From Acidobacteriota bacterium (GTDB lineage Bacteria; Acidobacteriota; Vicinamibacteria; Vicinamibacterales; JACQTH01), in contig JACOUA010000305.1 in NCBI GenBank assembly GCA_016178075.1, positions 1 through 58,650 of the forward strand: a DNA stretch of 58,650 nucleotides. Direction: 5' to 3'. Shown in pieces: positions 8,441 to 17,080 of the stretch. The notes beneath the pieces were generated by a model. It was not told the DNA's origin, made no database searches, and saw only the letters and a program-made list of their open reading frames with translations. The translations under genes were made by a program, and so were the position numbers. The first letter of the stretch is position 1. Every line of letters begins with the position of its first letter.

Positions 8441-9319
8441 TCAGACAGCGATTCGCCTCCCCTTGGCGGCGTCCTCGTCGGGGGGCGGCGGCGGCACCGG
8501 GCGCGCCACGTTCCACCGCTGCGGATCGTGGTGTTCGAGGTAGTGCCCCCGATCGATCCAGCCGAAGATCATCGAGTAGGTGATCCACAGCTTCTCCGGC
8601 CGGATTGCGAAGTAGACGTGGGCCATCACGAGCGCGACCAGACCGACACCGGCCAGGCCGTGCGCCACATACATCACGCCCCAGGCCTGATCGGTGAACA
8701 AGTACGGGTTGCGCGTGAAGAACGGCGTCTGCACCCGTTTCATCATGAAGACGCCGGTGCCGATGACGGCCAGCCCCGTGATCAGGATGATCAGGTGGTA
8801 CAGCTTGTTCTCGAGCGGGTACTTCCCGTGCTTGCGGGGTGCCGGGGCCGATTGTCCGACGCCGCGGAGCATCCGGCGACGCGAGTCTTCGATATCGCCC
8901 TTCTCCGGCCAGATGGACCAGAAGTCGAGCCAGAAGGTCGCGTGGACCGTGTGATAGATGATCGAAAGCGTCAGGATGACGCCGGCAATCCAGTGAATCG
9001 TCACCCACGCGAACTTCACGCCGACGATCGGCAGAAACGCGCTGAAGAGCAGCACGAACATCGCGGCCGCCATCACCCAGTGGAAGGCGCGCGCCGCGAC
9101 CGAGTGGCGCGCCACCCGCTCGGGAATCCGGGCCGCGAGTGCCGCCGTCGTAGCCGCGTCGCCCTTCTCGGGCACCGGTTGCGGCCAGAAGCGCACGTAG
9201 AGCGCGTGCCCGATCAGAAACAGCACGCCGCCGATCGCCGACAGGTACAGCAGGTCCCACGAGATCCGGATGAGGATGTCCTCACCCCACGGACTGCGTC
9301 CCCACTTTAGGAAGTCCAT
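8441..9319 (-). CDS. cytochrome b (Ni/Fe-hydrogenase/FdnI-type b-cytochrome family) membrane subunit
   Basis: 292 aa, about 5 TM helices with conserved His in TM segments (FHWVMA, IHWIAG, YHTVH, YVAHG, VMAHVY). GGAGGG RBS. The start overlaps the FAD-subunit stop by 13 nt. Confidence 0.8.
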   Translation of the reverse strand: MDFLKWGRSPWGEDILIRISWDLLYLSAIGGVLFLIGHALYVRFWPQPVPEKGDAATTAALAARIPERVARHSVAARAFHWVMAAAMFVLLFSAFLPIVGVKFAWVTIHWIAGVILTLSIIYHTVHATFWLDFWSIWPEKGDIEDSRRRMLRGVGQSAPAPRKHGKYPLENKLYHLIILITGLAVIGTGVFMMKRVQTPFFTRNPYLFTDQAWGVMYVAHGLAGVGLVALVMAHVYFAIRPEKLWITYSMIFGWIDRGHYLEHHDPQRWNVARPVPPPPPDEDAAKGRRIAV

Positions 9320-10320
9320 GAGCCCTCCACGCCGCGGATCGCCCGCTTCACCAGGTTCCTGACGAGCGGCAGCTTGTAGCCGTTGTGCCGCAGCGGCTTC
9401 GCGCCTTCGATGGCCATTAGGCCGGCCATCTCGGCGGTCTGCTCGTTGCGCGGCTTGCCGCGCACGGCCGCCTCCACCGCCCGCAGGCGCACCGGATGGG
9501 CCGCCACGCCGTTGAGCGCCAGCCGCAGGTCCTGAATCGTGCCGCCCGAGGTCTTCATCACCGACGCGACGTTCACGAGCGGGAAGTCCCAGACCTTCCG
9601 GTCACGGACCTTCTCGAAGTAGAACTGCGACCCAGCCCACGTCCCGGGGATCCGGATCGCCACCAGCAGGTCGCCGGGCTTGAGAACGGTCATGCGGGTG
9701 ATATCGATCCCGGGTCCGATGAAGTAGTGCTCCGCGTCGACGATCTGCTCGCCGCTCGTGCTCCGAATCACCATCTTCGCGTCGAGGGCGATGAGCGCGG
9801 GCGCCGTGTCCGACGGGTTGACGGCCACGCAGCGGTCGGCGTCGAAGATTGCGTGCTCGCGGTTCATCGCCGTCGGCGTGTCCGCGTAGCAGATGTTGCC
9901 GCCGGCCCGATAGCACTCCCAGCCGTCGCGGTAGTACCAGCACCGCGTGTCCTGGGAGACATTGCCGCCGATCGTCCCCTGATTGCGAATCTGGGGCGAG
10001 GCCGCGGCTTCGGCCGCCTCGAGCAGCATCCCGAACTTCTCCCGCACGAGCGGGTGCCGCACGAGGTCGGTCAGCGTCGTCATCGCGCCGATCTCGAGGC
10101 CGTCGCCGGAGGCCCGAACCCCCTCGAGCTCCTTGACGCCGACGAGATCGACCACGACCTTCGGGCGCTTGATGCGGTCCTTCAGCCAGTCGAAGCTATC
10201 GAGGCCGCCCGCCATCACCCACGCGTCACTCTTGTACCGATTGAGGAGCGACAGCGCCTCTTCCACGTTCGCCGGCTGGAACAGCTCGAACGCCGGCATC
10301 ACATCGCGAATCACGGCCAT
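9307..10320 (-). CDS. xanthine dehydrogenase family FAD-binding (medium) subunit
   Basis: MAVIRDVMPAFELFQP..SDAWVMAGGLDSFDWLK matches the CoxM/PaoB-like FAD-binding domain. I chose ATG 10320 (AAGAGGA RBS 6 nt upstream) over the track start 10365, which lies inside a repeat element. Confidence 0.85.
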   Translation of the reverse strand: MAVIRDVMPAFELFQPANVEEALSLLNRYKSDAWVMAGGLDSFDWLKDRIKRPKVVVDLVGVKELEGVRASGDGLEIGAMTTLTDLVRHPLVREKFGMLLEAAEAAASPQIRNQGTIGGNVSQDTRCWYYRDGWECYRAGGNICYADTPTAMNREHAIFDADRCVAVNPSDTAPALIALDAKMVIRSTSGEQIVDAEHYFIGPGIDITRMTVLKPGDLLVAIRIPGTWAGSQFYFEKVRDRKVWDFPLVNVASVMKTSGGTIQDLRLALNGVAAHPVRLRAVEAAVRGKPRNEQTAEMAGLMAIEGAKPLRHNGYKLPLVRNLVKRAIRGVEGSWTS

Positions 10321-10334
10321 AGCTGATCCTCTTT

Positions 10335-10478
10335 TAGTTTGCGGCGGGGCGGCCGCTCCGCCCACACCGGAAAAACGACTGGGCTCCGCGGCGGTTCATT
10401 GTTTGGTCCCCGGACCCCTTGGATCCCCGTTGGCCCCGCCGCCTGTCGTCGCTTACGCTCCGGATCTTGTGTGGCACG
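10335..10478 (-). repeat. leader-element copy (core + 9-bp stem, 84-nt insertion in loop) between Moco and FAD subunit genes
   Basis: The minus strand reads ..AAGATCCGGAGCGTAAGCGACGACAGG-GCGGCGGGG-[84 nt]-CCCCGCCGC-AAACTAAAAGAGGATCAGCT-ATG(10320). Confidence 0.8.
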
Positions 10479-10496
10479 TCTTCCTGCTTCAGTCTC

Positions 10497-12926
10497 TTAC
10501 ACATGCGCCGTGAGGGCCTCGTGCGTCCATTTCCCGGCGTCCAGCGCCGCCACGATGACGTCGGGCGTCACCGGCGTGCGTCGGAACGCATCGTCGCCAA
10601 GCGCATCGACCAGCGCGTTCAGGACGGCCCCGTAGCCCGCGCCGACCGGCGGCTCGCCGATGCCGCGCGCGCCGACCGGGGTCTCCGGATCGGGGATGTT
10701 CACCGCGTCCCACTTCATCGCGACCGGCACGTCGAGAATGGTGGGCGGCTTCGTGTGATGGAACCGTTTTGCGAGGGGGCGGCCGTAGTGCTGGTCGTAG
10801 GTCCAGCGCTGACCGATGGCGTGCCCCATGCCCAGCACGCTCCCGCCGTGAATCTGCCCGGCGAGGCTGTGCGGGTGGAGGACGGTGCCGCAGTCCGCGA
10901 CGGCCGTGTAGTCGAGGATTTGATACGCCCCGGTCTCCACGTCCACTTCGACTTCGGCAAAGCCAACGACGTACGAATGCGTGTCGCCGTCGCGCGGGTA
11001 GTTGTCCTTCGCAACGCCCATGAGCCCCAGACCGGCCAGCGCTGTGGCCGACGTCTTGGTCATGGGGTTGATGTCCTTCGGCAGCTCGTGCCCGTCGTAC
11101 TTGCCGCCGAGCTCGATGGCCCGCTTGGCGGCCTGCGCAAAGGTCAGCCCACCGCTCGCGTTGCCTTTCCGATGCACCCGCTCGTTCGAGACGTCGTAGT
11201 CGTCCGGCTTCCCGCCGAGGTCGTGCGCGGCGAGCTCCTGCAGCTTCCGCTTCGCATCCATCGCCCCGGCGTGCGCCGCCCGCGTCATCGCATGGACGGT
11301 CTGACTGCCCGCGGAGCTACAGGACCACGGCACGTGCTTGCTCGTGTCGCCCCAGATGACCTCGCATTTCTCCCACGGCATGCCGAGCAGCTCGGCGGCG
11401 ACGCGATGGACGTCGATCGTCGAATGCGTGCCGAGGTTGCCGATGCCGGACTGGAAGTACAGCCGGCCGTCCGGCCGGATCGTCATGATCGCGTCGAAGC
11501 CGATCGACCCGCCCACGTACGGGCTGACCGCGACACCGATGCCGCGGGCCTTGCTTCCGCGGCGCTGGCCGCTGCGGCCTTTGCGCGCGTCCCAGCCGAA
11601 GAGCTCGACGCCGCGATCGAGCGCTTCTTTCACGAACGCGCTCGTGACGTAGCGCTGTTTGCCGTTCTGTCCCGGCGGACCATACGGCGCCTTGCCGGCC
11701 GGCGCGTTGATGTGCCGCACGGCCACCTGATCGAGGCCGAGCTTGCGAGCCGCCTTCGTGATGATCGGCTCGAGGATCGCGTTGACCTGCATCCCACCGG
11801 GCGAGCGCTGCGAGGTGCGCGGCGGCGTGTTCGTCAGGACCGCCACGCTCCGGAAGCGCATGGTCATCGGCTGATAGGCCAGCGAGGCGATGCTGCCTGA
11901 CGACCGGGCATCACCCTGCGCCGAGTACGGGCCGTTGTCCATGACGATGTAGAGATCGAGCGCGGTGATGCGGCCGTCCTTCCGCATGCCCAGCCGCGCG
12001 CGCGCCTGCATTCCGGCCCGCGCCCGGCCGATGAAGTGCTCTTCCTCGCGGCTGATGCGCATCATCACGGGCCGCCCGGTCTTCTTCGACAGAAGCGCCG
12101 GGATCGCCATGCTGTGCGCGCCGGGAATCTTGCTCCCGAAGCCGCCGCCGGTGTACTCGCTGACGATGACGACCTTCGACGGCTCGACACCGACCCAGCC
12201 GGCGACCGAGGCGACCGTGCGGGCCACGCTCTGCGTCGACCCGTGCAGGTACAACTTGCCGTTCTGCCAGTACGCCATCGCGGTGCGGGTTTCGAGCGGC
12301 TGATGCCCCGTCGACTGGATCACGACCGTCTCGTCGATGACGACGTCCGCCTGCTTGAAGCCGGCGTCCACGTCGCCGACCTTCCACTCATCCGCGCCCT
12401 TGCCGAAGGGCAGCCGTCCGGCCGCGACCTCCCGGAAATCCTCGGCCGTCCACTTGAGCGTGGCGACCTTCCGATCGACGTACGCGTTGCCTTCGAGCCG
12501 CGCGTTGGCGCCCTCAGGCCGTAAGCTCTCGATCGGATCGACCGCGAAGGGCAACGGCTCGAGGTCGAGCTCAATCAGCTCGATCGCGTCCGCCGCCGTG
12601 ACCTCATCGACCGCGGCCACGGCGAGAATCGGCTCGCCCTGATAGACCGGCTCGTTCGTCAGCGCCTGCTCCGGCTTCAGTCCCGACTGGTCCGGCTTGA
12701 CCGGTGGAAAATCGTCCGCGGTCAGGACGCCGACCACGCCTTTCATCGCCAGCGCTTTGCTCGAGTCGATGCGGCGCACCCGCGCGTGAGGCATCGGGCT
12801 GAGCAGCAGCTTACAGAACAGCATCCCCTCGGCCCGATAGTCCTCCGCATACTTCGCCTTGCCCGTGACCTTGGCGACGAGATCCGGCGTCGTGTAATTC
12901 TGGCCGACCAGCGTGCGCTCAGGCAC
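10497..12926 (-). CDS. xanthine dehydrogenase family molybdopterin-binding (large) subunit
   Basis: 809 aa. LVAKVTGKAKYAEDY N-terminus, GGGFGSK motif, C-terminal GIGEPPVGAGYGAVLNAL with the catalytic Glu. GTG start overlaps the Fe-S subunit stop, with a GGAGG RBS. Confidence 0.9.
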   Translation of the reverse strand: MPERTLVGQNYTTPDLVAKVTGKAKYAEDYRAEGMLFCKLLLSPMPHARVRRIDSSKALAMKGVVGVLTADDFPPVKPDQSGLKPEQALTNEPVYQGEPILAVAAVDEVTAADAIELIELDLEPLPFAVDPIESLRPEGANARLEGNAYVDRKVATLKWTAEDFREVAAGRLPFGKGADEWKVGDVDAGFKQADVVIDETVVIQSTGHQPLETRTAMAYWQNGKLYLHGSTQSVARTVASVAGWVGVEPSKVVIVSEYTGGGFGSKIPGAHSMAIPALLSKKTGRPVMMRISREEEHFIGRARAGMQARARLGMRKDGRITALDLYIVMDNGPYSAQGDARSSGSIASLAYQPMTMRFRSVAVLTNTPPRTSQRSPGGMQVNAILEPIITKAARKLGLDQVAVRHINAPAGKAPYGPPGQNGKQRYVTSAFVKEALDRGVELFGWDARKGRSGQRRGSKARGIGVAVSPYVGGSIGFDAIMTIRPDGRLYFQSGIGNLGTHSTIDVHRVAAELLGMPWEKCEVIWGDTSKHVPWSCSSAGSQTVHAMTRAAHAGAMDAKRKLQELAAHDLGGKPDDYDVSNERVHRKGNASGGLTFAQAAKRAIELGGKYDGHELPKDINPMTKTSATALAGLGLMGVAKDNYPRDGDTHSYVVGFAEVEVDVETGAYQILDYTAVADCGTVLHPHSLAGQIHGGSVLGMGHAIGQRWTYDQHYGRPLAKRFHHTKPPTILDVPVAMKWDAVNIPDPETPVGARGIGEPPVGAGYGAVLNALVDALGDDAFRRTPVTPDVIVAALDAGKWTHEALTAHV

Positions 12927-13566
12927 GTGACGACCTCCGCGTGTACTCTGCGGCGAGCATCATGGCGTCGAGGATCTTGTTGTAGTCCTGGCAGCGACAC
13001 AGGTTGCCGGAGATGCCGTGGGCGAGCTCCGGCCGCGTCGGATTCGGATTCGTTTTGAGATAGCCGACCGTGGCCATCACGAAGCCCGGCATGCAGAACG
13101 CGCACTGGAAGCCCTGCGCGTCGACGACCGCCTGCTGCACCGGATGCAGCTGACCGGTCGGACTCGCGAGCCCTTCGATCGTCACGACCTTCCGGCCGCG
13201 TACCGAATGCGTGAGAATCGAGCAGGAGTAATGCGGCACGTCATCGATCAGCACGGTGCAGGCGCCGCACTCGGATCGATCGCATCCAAGCTTGGTGCCC
13301 GTCAGCCCCAGCTTGTAGCGCAGGGTCATGGCGAGCGTTTCCTGCTTCATGACGTCGACGCGCCGCTGCTGTCCGTTGACGTTCAACGTCACCAGACGCT
13401 CGACGGCCCCCGGCAGCGACGGCTGTCCGAGGATGCTTCCGCCCCGGAACAGATAGCTCGTGGTCGAGACCGCCGCGCCGGCCGCGATCACGCCCTTGAT
13501 GAAATTCCGCCTCGAAACCCCGCGCTGACCTTCGTCAGCGGTGACGACTGGGTCGTTCTCTGCCAT
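12919..13566 (-). CDS. (2Fe-2S)-binding small subunit with twin-arginine signal peptide
   Basis: MAENDP..GVSRRNFIKGVIAAGAAV (TAT motif). CDRSECGACTV and CAFCMPG..CRCQDY are the two 2Fe-2S cysteine clusters. ATG 13566 has a GGAGGG RBS. Confidence 0.9.
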   Translation of the reverse strand: MAENDPVVTADEGQRGVSRRNFIKGVIAAGAAVSTTSYLFRGGSILGQPSLPGAVERLVTLNVNGQQRRVDVMKQETLAMTLRYKLGLTGTKLGCDRSECGACTVLIDDVPHYSCSILTHSVRGRKVVTIEGLASPTGQLHPVQQAVVDAQGFQCAFCMPGFVMATVGYLKTNPNPTRPELAHGISGNLCRCQDYNKILDAMMLAAEYTRRSSRA

Positions 13567-13729
13567 CGAACCCTCCGGCCTTAGCGGTTGAAAGTCCGCG
13601 AAATGGTAGCAGGTTCCGGACGCGGTCGCCAGCGATGTCAATAGCGGCCCAGCCGCCGCCCGGACGGTCCCGCCTGGACCATACCCGAGCCGGGTAACCC
13701 GAGGCGGGCCAGGGAGTTGTCCAACCCTG

Positions 13730-14701
13730 TCATTTCCGGACCGCTAGTTCCCTCAGTACCGGCTCGGAACCTTGATCCTCGAACCACGTCACGAACTCGT
13801 CCACCAGGTCGATCTTGAACACGTACTCCCCTGGAACGCGAGGCGCGGCCAGCGAGACCGTGACCTCCCGCGACTCGCCAGGGGCGACGGGGCCACCGAG
13901 CTCCGCGCGGTCGTAGTCGGTCCAGGCGGCTGATTCCTTCCGCCGCACCCGAATTCCCAGCTTGATGCCACGGCCGCGGCCGCGTCCAGGCACCCACGCC
14001 TCTGGACTCGTGTTGATGACGCGAACACGCACGATGATCGGGTTGGCGGCCGTCACTTCGCGCGGGAAGCTCTGCGCTTCGATCGCCGCGCGGTACCCGT
14101 ACGGGACGTACTGATTGGCGAGCCAACGCTCGAACGTGCTGATCGTATCCGGGCTACCAGCGCATCGGCGATCGGCTTCGTACAAGTCGAACATCCGGAC
14201 GATCTCGCGTGATGGACCGAACGGCAGGTGACCGTACGCGAGAGACAGCTCCGCTCGTGCCTCGCTGAGCGGCGAGCCCTCCTTGACCATCCGGGCAAGG
14301 ACGCTGGCGAACCCGGCCCGATCGGCTCCGGCGCTGCAGTGCAACAGCATCGGTTCGGGCGCCTCGCGCAACGCGCGGACGAGCTCGATGACGGCCGGCC
14401 TGGGCGGCAGCAGGCGCGAGGAGAAATCGAGGTCGTAGCGGACGAGCCGGCGCTCCCGCGCGACGCGGCGCTCCTCTTCGTACCACGCTCTGCCCTCTTC
14501 GCGGCCGCGTAGGTTGATGATCGACCGGAGACGGAAGCGATCGATCGCGCGTTCGAGCGCGGCGGCGCGCATCTCGCCGCTGCGATACACGCGGTCGGCG
14601 ATGACGGAATGGAAATTGGATCCGAACCAGACCGGGCCGAACGTCCACACGACCCCCACGAGCGCGCCCAACATCAGCACGATGCTCGCTTTTCTCAGCA
14701 T
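13730..14701 (-). CDS. membrane-anchored protein-tyrosine/dual-specificity phosphatase-like protein with extra C-terminal domain
   Basis: N-terminal TM helix. CX5R P-loop HCSAGADRAG. The roughly 110-aa C-terminal region looks beta-rich (IIVRVRVINTS..GEYVFKIDLVDE). The gene lies 44 nt downstream of ettA on the same strand. Confidence 0.7.
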   Translation of the reverse strand: MLRKASIVLMLGALVGVVWTFGPVWFGSNFHSVIADRVYRSGEMRAAALERAIDRFRLRSIINLRGREEGRAWYEEERRVARERRLVRYDLDFSSRLLPPRPAVIELVRALREAPEPMLLHCSAGADRAGFASVLARMVKEGSPLSEARAELSLAYGHLPFGPSREIVRMFDLYEADRRCAGSPDTISTFERWLANQYVPYGYRAAIEAQSFPREVTAANPIIVRVRVINTSPEAWVPGRGRGRGIKLGIRVRRKESAAWTDYDRAELGGPVAPGESREVTVSLAAPRVPGEYVFKIDLVDEFVTWFEDQGSEPVLRELAVRK

Positions 14702-14744
14702 GGCGGCGATGTCGTGTTTCGTGGATCGCTCACGCAGTCTGGTG

Positions 14745-16424
14745 TCACCTGGTCAAGCGCCTGTACTTGATGCGGTGCGGCTGATCGGCGGCCACGCCGA
14801 GCCGGCGGTGGCGGTCGGCTTCGTACTCCTGGTAGTTCCCTTCGAACCAGACCACCGAGCTGTCACCCTCGAACGCCAGGATGTGTGTGGCGATCCGATC
14901 GAGAAACCAGCGGTCGTGGGTGATGATGATCGCGCACCCGGCAAACGACAGGACGGCTTCCTCGAGCGCTCTGAGCGTGTCGACGTCGAGGTCGTTGGTG
15001 GGCTCGTCGAGGAGCAGCAGGTTCGCCCCGCCCTTCAGCAGCTTGGCGAGATGGACTCGGTTCCGCTCGCCCCCCGAGAGGGTGCCGACCTTGCGCTGTT
15101 GAGCGGCGCCCTTGAAGTTGAACCACGAGACATACGCGCGCGACGCCACCGTCCGTTTGCCGAGCGCGATCTCGTCCTTGCCGCCACCGGAGATCTCCTC
15201 CCAAACGGTGTGGTCCGCGACGAGCGCATCGCGCGTCTGATCGACGTACCCCATCTTCACCGTCTCTCCCACGCGCAGCTCCCCTGTATCGCAGGGCTCA
15301 TGTCCGACCATCATCCTGACGAGCGTGGTCTTGCCCGCGCCGTTCGGGCCGATCACCCCGACGATGCCCCCGCGTGGAAGCGTGAAGCTCATGTCGTCGA
15401 TCAGGAGGAGATCGCCGTACGCCTTGCGCACGTGACGGGCCTCCACGACGACGTCGCCAAGACGCGGGCCGGGAGCGATATAAATCTCGGCTGTGTCGAT
15501 CCGGCCCGCACCGTCCTCGCTCAAGAGCGCGTCGTACGCGTTGAGCCTGGCTTTTCCCTTCGCGTGTCGCGCGCGGGGCGACATCCGGATCCATTCCAGC
15601 TCGCGGTCGAGCGTGCGGTGGCGCTTCGATTCCTGCTTCTCCTCGAGCGCCAGCCGTTGCTGCTTCTGGTCGAGCCACGACGAGTAGTTCCCCTGCCACG
15701 GATAGGCGACGCCGCGATCGAGCTCCAGAATCCAGCCGGCGACGTTGTCGAGAAAGTACCGATCGTGCGTCACGGCGACGACGGTGCCGGGATACTCTTT
15801 CAGGTAGCGCTCGAGCCAGGCGACCGACTCCGCGTCGAGATGGTTCGTCGGCTCGTCGAGCAAGAGGAGATCCGGCGATCGGAGCAACAGCCGGCAGAGC
15901 GCGACCCGCCGGCGCTCACCGCCCGAGAGCGTCTCGACCGCAGCATCGGGCGGCGGCAGACGCAGCGCGTCCATGGCCATCTCCAGCCGAGCGTCGAGAT
16001 CCCAGGCGTTGAACGCATCGATCCGATCCTGGACGCGGCCTTGTTCTTGCAGCACGATCTCCATTTCGTCGGGCGAGAGCTCGTCGGCAAAGCGCGCGTT
16101 GATCTCGTCGAAGCGATTGAGCAGCGCGCGGAGTTCCGCCACGCCTTCCTCGACGTTGCCAAGCACGTCTTTCGAGGGATCGAGACGCGGCTCCTGCGGC
16201 AGGTATCCGATACTGATCCCCTCGGCCGGAAAGGCTTCGCCGAGGAAGTCGGTGTCCTGGCCGGCCATGATGCGAAGCAGGCTGCTCTTGCCGGACCCGT
16301 TGGCGCCGATCACGCCGATCTTCGCGCCCGGCAGGAACGACAGCCAGATATCCTTGAAGACGAGCTGGTCGGGCTGAAACACCTTGCCCAACCCCTTCAT
16401 CGTGTAGATGTATTGGTGGGACAT
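14745..16424 (-). CDS. ettA: energy-dependent translational throttle protein EttA (ABC-F ATPase)
   Basis: 559 aa. N-terminus [44 protein letters not shown] is collinear with E. coli EttA. Two ABC cassettes are present ([22 protein letters not shown]). Confidence 0.95.
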   Translation of the reverse strand: MSHQYIYTMKGLGKVFQPDQLVFKDIWLSFLPGAKIGVIGANGSGKSSLLRIMAGQDTDFLGEAFPAEGISIGYLPQEPRLDPSKDVLGNVEEGVAELRALLNRFDEINARFADELSPDEMEIVLQEQGRVQDRIDAFNAWDLDARLEMAMDALRLPPPDAAVETLSGGERRRVALCRLLLRSPDLLLLDEPTNHLDAESVAWLERYLKEYPGTVVAVTHDRYFLDNVAGWILELDRGVAYPWQGNYSSWLDQKQQRLALEEKQESKRHRTLDRELEWIRMSPRARHAKGKARLNAYDALLSEDGAGRIDTAEIYIAPGPRLGDVVVEARHVRKAYGDLLLIDDMSFTLPRGGIVGVIGPNGAGKTTLVRMMVGHEPCDTGELRVGETVKMGYVDQTRDALVADHTVWEEISGGGKDEIALGKRTVASRAYVSWFNFKGAAQQRKVGTLSGGERNRVHLAKLLKGGANLLLLDEPTNDLDVDTLRALEEAVLSFAGCAIIITHDRWFLDRIATHILAFEGDSSVVWFEGNYQEYEADRHRRLGVAADQPHRIKYRRLTR

Positions 16425-17067
16425 GAAAGAAGCTCTCAGCTCTCAGCTCTCAGCTCTCAGCTTGGTCCTGGCCTCGGTGCTGATTCCGGAGACGCTTGTC
16501 TCCGCCGATCAGTCTGACCGGCTCCGTCGTCTGGCGATCGACCCGTCGTCCAGCCAGATCACGATTCAGGTGGGCCGATCGGGGGTCTTCGGATTCGCCG
16601 GCCACGATCACGAAGTCGTGGGTCCGATCGGCTCCGGCGAAATCGCCCTCGATTCGAGCAACCTGGCGCGGTCGAGCGTCACGTTGACCATCGCGACGCG
16701 TTCGCTGAAGGTCACCGGCAAGGGTGAACCCAAAAAAGACGTGCCGGCGGTGCAGGACGCGATGGAGCGCGACGTGCTGGATGTGGCGCGACATCCGACG
16801 ATCCGGTTCGAGTCGCGGCAGGTGAAGGTCACGTCGCCGTCCGAATCGACGCCGGCGCTTGCCATTACAGGAGACCTGACGCTAGGCGGCGTCACGCGCC
16901 CCATCACCGTTCCCGCTCAGGTTCGTCTCGACGGGCGCTCGCTGACCGCCACCGGCACGGTCTCGATCAAGCAGACCGAGTTCGGGATCAAACCGGTGAG
17001 CGCCGTGGGCGGCACGGTCAAGGTGAGGGACGAGCTGCGGATCACGTTCAGGATCAGCGCGCGATAG
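16423..17067 (+). CDS. YceI family periplasmic protein
   Basis: [30 protein letters not shown] are YceI hallmarks. Only the ATG at 16423 yields a signal peptide ([28 protein letters not shown]). That ATG shares CATG with the divergent ettA start, so the start is uncertain. Confidence 0.75.
   Translation: MKEALSSQLSALSLVLASVLIPETLVSADQSDRLRRLAIDPSSSQITIQVGRSGVFGFAGHDHEVVGPIGSGEIALDSSNLARSSVTLTIATRSLKVTGKGEPKKDVPAVQDAMERDVLDVARHPTIRFESRQVKVTSPSESTPALAITGDLTLGGVTRPITVPAQVRLDGRSLTATGTVSIKQTEFGIKPVSAVGGTVKVRDELRITFRISAR
16431..16463. repeat. heptamer tandem array (AGCTCTC)x4.7; GCTGAGA on the ettA sense strand
   Basis: Direct reading gives agctctc agctctc agctctc agctctc agctt. It lies 6 nt from the ettA ATG and inside the putative yceI signal-peptide codons. 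Confidence 0.95.
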
Positions 17068-17080
17068 TAGGTCGTCGAAC

